In this document: one piece after another, positions 7,583 to 14,652 of the stretch
Numbering within the stretch: the stretch's first letter is position 1
How the letters are laid out: each line of letters starts with the position of its first letter
Source of the DNA: Archangium sp.
GTDB lineage: Bacteria; Myxococcota; Myxococcia; Myxococcales; Myxococcaceae
DNA length: 14,652 bases
Assembly (NCBI GenBank): GCA_031367385.1
Contig: JANLPS010000344.1
Span: 1 to 14,652 of the forward strand
Reading direction: 5' to 3'
Translations under genes and position numbers: made by a program
The notes under the pieces: generated by a model
The model's input: only the letters and a program-made list of their open reading frames with translations
The model's database searches: none
What the model was told of the DNA's origin: nothing

Positions 7583-8539
7583 CTAGCGAAAGACGATCAA
7601 CAGGGTGCCCGACCCGAGCGCCAGCAGCATGCAGGCGGCCAGCGACAACCGGTCATAGAACCGCATCTTGTCGAACTGCTCGGCGTCGCTCAGGTTCACC
7701 GCCAACACCGACTCGAGCAGCGCGACGAAGATCACCGCGTAGCTCAGGTTGTAGAGCTTATCGAGCAGCACCACGTACCCGACGTTGGGCAGCTCCGAGC
7801 TGCTGGTCAGCTGCAGCGCCACCGCCGAAATCAGCGTGGTGATGCCGAGCCCCATGCGCGCGTCGAAATATTTTCCGTGAATCAGAAACACCGCCATCGT
7901 GATCAGCAGCACGATCAACAACGGCAAAATCGACTTCACCATCGAGCTCCAGATCGGCCGCTTCACGTGAATGCTGGCGTTCAAGTGCGTGTAGGCCTCG
8001 GCATTCGCGGTCACTCGCGGGTCTCCGAAGTTGGTGTCGTATTTCATGTCGCTCACCGACAGGCTCACGTTCTCGAAGTCCCACCCGGCGAGCGAGAGAC
8101 CTGGGTGCACGCCACTGCGGCCGATGTCATCGACGCGGTACACCAGCTCGCTGTTCGTGGCCCGGTTGTCTTCGATCTCGAAGACCACGTCTTGCTCGTC
8201 GAAGGGGTAATTCTTCACCGAGAACGGGTGCGTGAACCGGCCCTGAATGTGAAATTGCTGATAGCTCGACCCGTCTTCGAGCACGTCGGGCTTCGAGTTG
8301 CCCTCGGCGTCGACGAAGATCGGTGTCTTCACCATCGACGACGCGTCGGCCGTGTTCATGAACTCGAAGCTCTTCGTCGGGTCGAGCTCTCCGTGCCAGC
8401 GAAACCAGATGTAGAAGTCGCCCATGTAGGTGTTCGACTTCAAATCAATCTCAGGAATGTGGTGCAGGTACGCGCCCACCGAGACCACTTCTGGGCCCGC
8501 CGGTTGAGCCGCGAGCATGATCAACACAAGTGAAACCAT
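7583..8539 (-). CDS. Prokaryotic pentameric ligand-gated ion channel (GLIC/ELIC-like Cys-loop receptor homolog), 318 aa
   Basis: Short signal peptide; beta1-beta2 VSVGAYL...IDLKSNTYMGDFYIWFRW; FEFMN; Pro-loop NYPFDEQ; GWDF; pre-M1 VKR; M1 with conserved Pro (ILPLLIV); M2 ARMGLGITTLISAVAL; M2-M3 loop LPNVGY..LLD; M3 and M4. No Cys-loop disulfide, as expected for bacterial members. Confidence 0.92.
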   Translation of the reverse strand: MVSLVLIMLAAQPAGPEVVSVGAYLHHIPEIDLKSNTYMGDFYIWFRWHGELDPTKSFEFMNTADASSMVKTPIFVDAEGNSKPDVLEDGSSYQQFHIQGRFTHPFSVKNYPFDEQDVVFEIEDNRATNSELVYRVDDIGRSGVHPGLSLAGWDFENVSLSVSDMKYDTNFGDPRVTANAEAYTHLNASIHVKRPIWSSMVKSILPLLIVLLITMAVFLIHGKYFDARMGLGITTLISAVALQLTSSSELPNVGYVVLLDKLYNLSYAVIFVALLESVLAVNLSDAEQFDKMRFYDRLSLAACMLLALGSGTLLIVFR

Positions 8540-9489
8540 TACGCCCCTCGTTTACGCGGTGGCGACCACCGGTGGCTCTCGAGCCGTGATTGCTGCAGAA
8601 AATGCTCTGAGACCGTGATGATCGCGGTGCGCATTTGGCTCGTCACTCGATCGACGTTCAACGCCAATGACAGGGTCTGGCTCGTGTCCCACCCGACCAC
8701 CTCGACTGGCACCAATTGCCCCGAGTGCATTCGCCCCATCGCCGCCGCAACCGGGCCGAACACCACCTGACTCGAGGCCACCGCGAGGTCGAGCGCCAGC
8801 TGAAGCGTCTGCGCCTCGTGCCCGTTCAGGCGTTGCCCGTATGGCAACGGGCACCCATCGTCGAGCGGCACGAAGTTGCCGTCGCTCGAGTTCACCGGGC
8901 TCACGAAACGCTCTCCTTTGATGAGCGAAACGTCGACCGGCTGCGGCCCCAGGCGCTTCGCCACCTCAGGCGTCGCGAACAGCCGGTTCTGCAGCTCTCC
9001 CAGCACCACGCTGTCCCACGTATCGAGCGAGATGGGCGGGCCGATGATGAACGCCGCGTCGAAGATGCCGGTGGGCGCCTGGGCCCGAATTTCGGCGGGC
9101 GCGAGCTGCAGCACGCGAAGCCGCTGAGCGGGCATTGCGTCGGCCAGCGGGCCACCCATGTTCTGCATCACGTACGACGGGCCAGCCACCGTCAGCACCG
9201 GGCCGGGCGCTCCAGCGTCGAGGCGGGCCTGCCGCAGCCGGGCGATCGCCCCTTCGAGCAGCGGCACCACTCGGGCCGCCTCATCGCTGGGCTCGACTCC
9301 GCGGGCCGAGCGCACCAACAGTGACACGTTGAGCTGATTTTCGAGCCGGGCGATCGCCTTCGAGACTTGCGAGGTCGTCACCCCGAGCTCACGCGCCGCC
9401 GCGCTCAAAGAGCCCTGCCGCCGAACCGCGAGAAAGGTCACGGCGTCTGAAAGTCGAAAGTCGGCGAGAGCATCTCGGCGTCGTCGCAT
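8539..9489 (-). CDS. LysR-family transcriptional regulator, 316 aa
   Basis: N-terminal HTH FLAVRRQGSLSAAARELGVTTSQVSKAIARLENQLNVSLLVRSARGVEPS; typical length; stop overlaps the channel start (TAATG). Confidence 0.93.
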   Translation of the reverse strand: MRRRRDALADFRLSDAVTFLAVRRQGSLSAAARELGVTTSQVSKAIARLENQLNVSLLVRSARGVEPSDEAARVVPLLEGAIARLRQARLDAGAPGPVLTVAGPSYVMQNMGGPLADAMPAQRLRVLQLAPAEIRAQAPTGIFDAAFIIGPPISLDTWDSVVLGELQNRLFATPEVAKRLGPQPVDVSLIKGERFVSPVNSSDGNFVPLDDGCPLPYGQRLNGHEAQTLQLALDLAVASSQVVFGPVAAAMGRMHSGQLVPVEVVGWDTSQTLSLALNVDRVTSQMRTAIITVSEHFLQQSRLESHRWSPPRKRGA

Positions 9490-9506
9490 GCGGGCCGCAC
9501 CGTACC

Positions 9507-9522
9507 TTTTCCTTCGGGGAAA
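9507..9522. promoter_or_regulatory. Short dyad upstream of LysR, possible T-N11-A box or small hairpin
   Basis: TTCC-ttcgg-GGAA (9509-9521) is T-N11-A with dyad symmetry, in the 44-bp gap between the TonB-like and LysR genes. Confidence 0.25.
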
Positions 9523-9533
9523 CGCTCAGCCGT

Positions 9534-10601
9534 TTAGCGGTTCATGCGAAAGAACTGAGGCGAGCCGAACCCGCCCATGCCCTCGTTGCTGACCAGAAAA
9601 CCGAACTCGAAGACGATGAACCCGTTCTCGACCAGCGCCGCCGGAGGGTTCGGAAAGGGCTGGGCTTTTTCGAACGCCTTCATCGCTTCTTGGTCGAGCT
9701 CGTCGACGCCTGAGCTTTGGCGAACGAACAAATCGGCGATCGACCCGTCGGGGCGCAGCGCGACGTGCATCACCGTCTTTCGCTCGACCGCGCCCAGCTG
9801 GCGGCCCTTGGCCCGCATTCGGCCGTTGGGGTCCCACTGGGCGCTGACGGCTTGCTTGACCCGGTTGAAGAAGGCCGCGAACTTCCACTCCCGGGTGTTC
9901 AAGAACGTGCCGTCGCCCTGCGCGACATCGTGCAGATCGTCATTCGGCGCCCCACCGCCCTCGGTGGCTTCGCTGCCCGGCACTGGAGCCTCGTTCGAGG
10001 CCTGCGAGCCGACCGCGCTGGTCTCGGGAGCCGTGTCATCGTGGCCCTGCGATGATTTTTGAAACAGCTCGCTGAGCTTGGGCCGCATGCCCAAGGGGCT
10101 CGTGAAGAGCTCTGCCGGAGAAGTACCGAGCAATGAGGGCGCCGCTCGCCCGTGCGCCATCGGCATCGCCATTGGGTTCGCCGTCGTCTTCGGAGTCGCC
10201 TTGCTGTACTTGTTCGTCTGCTCCTTCGCGACGGTCTGTTTCTGCACCCGGTTGTTGGTCTCGGCGAGGTACTTCGCGTCGGGCGAGAGCTGCTCATTGC
10301 CCGCCGCGACGTCGACGACTTGCCCTTTGGGGTGCAGCTCGGCCGGCTTCTCGAGCATGCTCTCAGCCGGCGTCGTCTTGCCGCGGTTGACTGCCCACCG
10401 CCGCGCGTCGATTTTTCGCAGGCTGACCGGGCGAGACACTTTTTTCGGTGGCTTCACCGTGGCCGTTAGCGTCGACAGCCCGACCAGCGCACAGATCAGC
10501 GCCGCGTTGCCGAGCAACGCCAGCAGCGGCACCGCGAGCCAGACCCGCAGCCGCTCACGAAGCGACGGCGGTACGCGCGGCTGGGTAATGCTCGAAGACA
10601 C
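9534..10601 (-). CDS. TonB-family protein (TM anchor, low-complexity linker, TonB/TolA-type C-terminal domain), 355 aa
   Basis: N-terminal hydrophobic helix; C-terminus FLNTREWKFAAFFNRVKQAVSAQWDP...VALRPDGSI...SSGVDELDQEAMKAFEKAQPFPNPP matches the TonB_C/TolA-III pattern. Confidence 0.88.
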   Translation of the reverse strand: MSSSITQPRVPPSLRERLRVWLAVPLLALLGNAALICALVGLSTLTATVKPPKKVSRPVSLRKIDARRWAVNRGKTTPAESMLEKPAELHPKGQVVDVAAGNEQLSPDAKYLAETNNRVQKQTVAKEQTNKYSKATPKTTANPMAMPMAHGRAAPSLLGTSPAELFTSPLGMRPKLSELFQKSSQGHDDTAPETSAVGSQASNEAPVPGSEATEGGGAPNDDLHDVAQGDGTFLNTREWKFAAFFNRVKQAVSAQWDPNGRMRAKGRQLGAVERKTVMHVALRPDGSIADLFVRQSSGVDELDQEAMKAFEKAQPFPNPPAALVENGFIVFEFGFLVSNEGMGGFGSPQFFRMNR

Positions 10602-10634
10602 AACGGTCGCTATAGGAGCCCCCGCCGCGTCAAG

Positions 10635-10985
10635 TCAAAGCGAGACGCAAACCCTCTTGCCCAATCGCCCTTTCGTCAGCTGCACCCGCGCCTGCGCCTG
10701 CTGGTACGTGGCGCGAACGAGGTTCAACTTGGCCTGCGTCAGCGCCGACGGCGCAGCCAACAAATCGGTCGTTGTGCCCGAACCGGCCTGAACCAGGGCG
10801 TTGGTCACCCGATACGACTCATCGGCGCTGGCGATGGCCGTGCCTGCGACGTCAATCGCCGCGGTCGCCGCCTCGAGCTGGTCAAGACGCTCCGAGACCT
10901 CGACCCGCACCTGCCGCTTCGAGGCGTCGAGGCGTCAGCGCGGCTTCGCCAAGACGAAATTCGAGGGCAGCGCGGCGGTGCTCAT
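10635..10985 (-). pseudogene. C-terminal remnant of a TolC-family outer-membrane efflux protein
   Basis: VRVEVSERLDQLEAATAAIDVA...ADESYRVTNALVQAGSGTTTDLLAAPSALTQAKLNLVRATYQQAQARVQL is the terminal OEP helix pattern. Only ~115 codons remain, with apparent indels near 10932 and 10670. Confidence 0.75.
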
Positions 10986-11352
10986 GCCCAGCGCGTGGGC
11001 TTCGATCAACCGGCGACGAAACCGGGCCTGGGTGCCACTCACGTCGCACACCAACAGAATCACGTGCACCAGATGCTCTCGCAAAGGCAGCTCGCTCGAC
11101 GCTTCAATCGCGTTCTTCAGCAGCTCGTGAAATTTCGCGCGGCGGGTGTCGGTGAGCGATGCCACCAGGCTCACCCGGTCGGCGAAGTGGTTGTAGAGCG
11201 TGCCCACCGAGACCCCGGCGCGGGCGGCGATGGTCTCCATGCGCGCGTCGAGGCCCTCGTCGGCGAACACCTCTTCGGCCGCGTCGAGAATCGCCGAGGT
11301 GGCGACCTCCTTGAGGCGAGTGCGCAGATTTTGAACGCGCTCTTTCGCCCAC
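10935..11352 (-). pseudogene. TetR/AcrR-family regulator, C-terminally truncated
   Basis: HTH AILDAAEEVFADEGLDARMETIAARAGVSVGTLYNHFADR. About 138 codons, short for TetR (~190-200). The nearest plausible start, GTG at 11352, is one base out of frame (GTG-G-GCG-AAA-GAG). Confidence 0.75.
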
Positions 11353-11433
11353 AGTGTGTTGAATCGCGAAGACCGCGAACCACCAGCCCTTCGGAGGTAG
11401 CGATATGTGAGCCAGGCGGCTACGAGAGCCGCC

Positions 11434-12438
11434 ATGACCTGGGTGACCGATTCGGTGGAGTTCGCATTGAAGGGCGTCGTGGTGACCGTGGTCTTCGGCG
11501 TCATCGCGATGATCATCGCCTCGCTGGTTCGACGGCGCCGTGACAGCGGCCCCCGCCTCGAGGTGCGCAAGCTCAATGAGCGCTTCGAGAGCCTCGGCCG
11601 CGCCCTTCGCACCCACGTGATGGGCAAGAAGGCCTACAAGGCCTGGCTCAAAGCCCAGAAAGACCCCGAGGCGAGCGACTCGAAGCCCAAGGTCTTCGTG
11701 CTCGACTTCGAGGGCGACCTGATGGCCACTGCCACCGCGTCGTTGCGCGAAGAGGTCACCGCCATCGCCTCTCTGGCCCAGGCCAATGACGAGGTCGTGG
11801 TACGCCTCGAGAGCCCCGGGGGCGCGGTACCCCACTACGGCCTTGCCGCCGCCCAGCTGGCCCGGCTCAAGGCCCACGACATCAAGCTCACCGTCTGCAT
11901 CGACCGGGTGGCTGCCAGCGGGGGCTACATGATGGCCTGCGTCGCCGACTCCATCATCGCCGCGCCCTTCGCCATCGTCGGCTCGATTGGCGTGGTCGCC
12001 CAGGTGCCGAACCTCCACCGCCTGCTCAAGAAACACGACGTCGACTACGAAGAGATGACCGCCGGCGAGTTCAAGCGAACGGTCAGCTTCTTCGGCGAGA
12101 TCAGCTCGAAGGGCCGGGCCAAGTTTCAAGATCAGCTCGAAGAGACCCACAGCCTGTTCAAGGAGTTCGTCAAAGCCCACCGCCCTTCGCTCGACGTCGA
12201 GCAGGTGGCCACCGGCGAGTACTGGCTCGGTCGCCGCACCATTGAGCTGGGCCTGGTCGATCGACTGGCGACCAGCGACGAGTATCTGCTCGAGCGCGCC
12301 AAGACCGCTTCGCTCTACCGGGTCGCCTACCACCCCAAGGTCGAGTGGCGCTCGAGGCTGAGCCGGTTCGCGACCGAAGCCGCCGAGGCCACCGTGATGA
12401 AATTTCTCAGCCGGGCTATGAGCTTGAGGCTGCGGTAA
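11434..12438 (+). CDS. sohB: Protease SohB (peptidase S49)
   Basis: N-terminal TM helix; VFVLDFEGD, LREEVTAI, LESPGG.V..YGLAAAQL, DRVAASGGYMMAC, APFAIVGSIGVVAQ, TAGEFKRT, VATGEYW. Alternative GTG start at 11407. Confidence 0.93.
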   Translation: MTWVTDSVEFALKGVVVTVVFGVIAMIIASLVRRRRDSGPRLEVRKLNERFESLGRALRTHVMGKKAYKAWLKAQKDPEASDSKPKVFVLDFEGDLMATATASLREEVTAIASLAQANDEVVVRLESPGGAVPHYGLAAAQLARLKAHDIKLTVCIDRVAASGGYMMACVADSIIAAPFAIVGSIGVVAQVPNLHRLLKKHDVDYEEMTAGEFKRTVSFFGEISSKGRAKFQDQLEETHSLFKEFVKAHRPSLDVEQVATGEYWLGRRTIELGLVDRLATSDEYLLERAKTASLYRVAYHPKVEWRSRLSRFATEAAEATVMKFLSRAMSLRLR

Positions 12439-12469
12439 CCACCCTGCTGACCTGCTCGAGGCCGCGCGA

Positions 12470-14652
12470 ATGCACAGCATCAGCCATGACACGCCGACGC
12501 CGCTCGAGCTGCCGCTTCGAGACCTGATTCGCGAACGCTGCGCGGCGCTCGCCAAACGCCTCGACGTCGCCCTGTGCGCGGTGTGGTCGCTCGCCTCCAA
12601 TGACAATCTGCTCGATCTCCAGGCCAGCGGTGGAGCCGCGCGACTTCACGCGGTGCACGAGCGCATGCGGGTCGGCAAGTACAAGATCGGGTTGATCGCC
12701 ACCGATCAGCTCCCGGTACTCACCAACGCCTTTCTCGATGACCCGGCCATCGCCAGCCGAGAGTGGGCCGTGCGAGAAGAGCTCACCTCGTTCGCCGGGT
12801 GCCCCCTGTTGATCGGCACCCGCACCGTCGGAGTGCTCGCCGTCTTCGGGCGCACCGACCTGCCCCAGAGCATCATCGCCGAGCTCACCGCCGCGGCGCC
12901 CTCGCTGGCCCGGCTGATTCACGAACATGCGTCGCCCTTCGTTTCAACCTCCGACTCCGGGGTGCACCTCAAGCTCAAGGGCGACGAGCGGTTTCTCTTT
13001 TTGGGAGACGCCATACCCCACCAGGTGTGGACGGCCGCCCCCGACGGGCAGCTGACCTACGTGAATCAGCGGGTGCTCGAATACTTCGGTCGGAGCCACG
13101 AGCAGCTGTTGGGCTCGGGCTGGCTCGACACGCTGCACCCCGATGACGTGGCCGAATGTACGAAGCGGTGGGGCATGTCGCTGGGCTCTGGAGAACCCTA
13201 CGAATTCGAATTTCGCCTCTGGTCGGTCAAGGCCAGCGCCTACCGCTGGCACGAGGCCCGTGCGCTGCCCGAGCGCAACAACCGCGGCGAAATCGTTCAG
13301 TGGTACGGCGCCAACACCGACGTCGATGCCCGCCGCCGCTCCGAAGACCGCCACCGCTTGCTGCTCGAGGCCGGCCGGAGGCTCTCGAGCTCACTCGACG
13401 CGCCGCACATCTTGGCCGAGGTCGCCTCGATCTGCGTGCCTCACCTCGCAGACTGGTGCTTCATCGACCTGCTGCGCCTCGACGGCACCTGTGACCGGGT
13501 GCAAGTCGCCTGCGCCAACCCGATGCGTCAAGGCTTGGCCAAGCGCTTCTTTCAGTGGCCCGCCGCGCTCTACGACCCCAAGCACCCGGCCAATGAGTCG
13601 CTCGTCAAGGGCACGGCGCGCTTCGTGGCCGTGCTCACCGACGAACAGCTCGACGACGCTGCGATGAGCCCCGAGCACCGTGAAGCCCAGCGCGAAATGG
13701 GCCCCTCGTCATTGATGACCGTGCCGATGCGCGCCATCGAGCGAAATGTCGGCATCATCTCGCTCCTCACTTCGGTCGACTCGGGCCGCCGCTTCACGCC
13801 CGAAGACCTCGACCTGGCCCAAGAAATTGGTTCCCGGGCCGCGCTCGCGCTCGAAAACGCGCGCTACATCAGCGAGTTGCGAGCCGCCTTCGCGCAGCGT
13901 GAACAAGCCCTGGCCGACGCCGAATTCGAGCGCCGAACACTCCAGCGTATCTTCGAGCAGGCGCCAGCGGCCATCTGCATCACCCGGGGCCCCAAGCACG
14001 TCATCGAGACCGCCAACCGCCGCTTCACCGACATCGTGGGCCCCCGCGACCTGCCCGGCAAGACCTTCGCGCAAGCCTTTCCCGAGGTCATGGGCCAGGC
14101 CGACCTGGGCTGCCAGATGGACGAAGCCTTCAAGAACGGCGTGGCCTACGTCGGCACCGAGGTGCCCTTCGAGCTCGCGCGCGAGACCGAGGTCAAGACC
14201 GCCACCGCCATCTTCGACTTCGTGTACCAGCCGTTGAGCGACGACACCGGAGCGGTGCAGGGCATCATGATCTTCGCGGTCGAGGTGACCGAGCAGGTGA
14301 CCGCCCGGCGCGAGCGCGAAGCGATGATCGCGACCCTTGCCCAGGCCAACGCCGAGCTCGATGAGTTCGCCTCGGTCGCGTCACATGACCTCAAGGCACC
14401 GCTGCGAGGCATCGCCAACCTCTCGGAGTGGCTCAGCGAAAGCCTGGCCCCCAAAGCCACCGAAGAAGAGCGCGTGCAGCTCTCGCTCATTCAAAATCGC
14501 GCCAAGCGCCTCGGGGCCTTGGTCGACGGCATCTTGATCTATGCGCGGGCCGGGCGGCTGCGCGGCACCAAAGAAAAGGTCGATACCCGGGCGCTGGTCA
14601 CTGAAATTCTCGAGCTGTTGGGCGCCACTCATGAGCCCGTCATCGAGGTCTC
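12470..14652 (+). CDS. Sensor histidine kinase, GAF-PAS-GAF-PAS-HisKA (3' truncated by window)
   Basis: Hand-translated open frame from ATG 12470, absent from the ORF track because no stop lies in the window. GAF (VGKYKIGLIA...FAGCPL), PAS (IPHQVWTAAPDG...LHPDD...WYGANTD), GAF (VPHLADWC...LALENAR), PAS (FEQAPAAI...FVYQP...EVTEQV), H-box FASVASHDLKAPLRGI. Confidence 0.93.
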   Translation, partial: MHSISHDTPTPLELPLRDLIRERCAALAKRLDVALCAVWSLASNDNLLDLQASGGAARLHAVHERMRVGKYKIGLIATDQLPVLTNAFLDDPAIASREWAVREELTSFAGCPLLIGTRTVGVLAVFGRTDLPQSIIAELTAAAPSLARLIHEHASPFVSTSDSGVHLKLKGDERFLFLGDAIPHQVWTAAPDGQLTYVNQRVLEYFGRSHEQLLGSGWLDTLHPDDVAECTKRWGMSLGSGEPYEFEFRLWSVKASAYRWHEARALPERNNRGEIVQWYGANTDVDARRRSEDRHRLLLEAGRRLSSSLDAPHILAEVASICVPHLADWCFIDLLRLDGTCDRVQVACANPMRQGLAKRFFQWPAALYDPKHPANESLVKGTARFVAVLTDEQLDDAAMSPEHREAQREMGPSSLMTVPMRAIERNVGIISLLTSVDSGRRFTPEDLDLAQEIGSRAALALENARYISELRAAFAQREQALADAEFERRTLQRIFEQAPAAICITRGPKHVIETANRRFTDIVGPRDLPGKTFAQAFPEVMGQADLGCQMDEAFKNGVAYVGTEVPFELARETEVKTATAIFDFVYQPLSDDTGAVQGIMIFAVEVTEQVTARREREAMIATLAQANAELDEFASVASHDLKAPLRGIANLSEWLSESLAPKATEEERVQLSLIQNRAKRLGALVDGILIYARAGRLRGTKEKVDTRALVTEILELLGATHEPVIEV

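Noticed and set aside
7454..8533. 359-aa plus-strand ORF
   Set aside because: Antisense shadow of the pLGIC gene.
11353..11627. Long N-terminal extension of TetR in the ORF track
   Set aside because: Overlaps the 5' end of sohB on the opposite strand; probably arises from loss of the real in-frame start.
11104..12606. 500-aa minus-strand ORF
   Set aside because: Antisense shadow of sohB, typical of high-GC DNA.
12416..14632. Many short ORFs on both strands in the last 2.2 kb
   Set aside because: All are alternative frames of the single histidine kinase gene starting at 12470.
1..14652. Mobile element, prophage or defence system
   Set aside because: No transposase, integrase, phage structural, nuclease or reverse transcriptase motif was recognised in any frame.

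Overview
High-GC bacterial window. Cys-repeat lipoprotein, DAG linkers and a Myxococcus-type TonB C-terminus suggest Myxococcota (inference). Gene order: 3' end of a PilZ-like gene (+); type-B carboxylesterase lipoprotein (+); a structured spacer; a possible small membrane protein and a 299-aa hypothetical (+); a truncated gene relic (-); two paralogous uncharacterised proteins (-) sharing a ~72-aa C-terminal domain and bracketing a frameshifted Cys-repeat lipoprotein (+); a TonB-like gene, then a LysR gene translationally coupled to a pentameric ligand-gated ion channel (pLGIC) (-); a collapsed TetR/TolC remnant (-); sohB (+); and a GAF-PAS-GAF-PAS-HisKA kinase running off the window (+). The best candidates for new biology are the LysR-coupled pLGIC, whose M2 helix resembles the animal glycine receptor, and the paralog pair around the Cys-repeat surface protein. 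No rRNA, tRNA, CRISPR array or transposase was recognised. Family calls come from motifs read by eye, not database searches.
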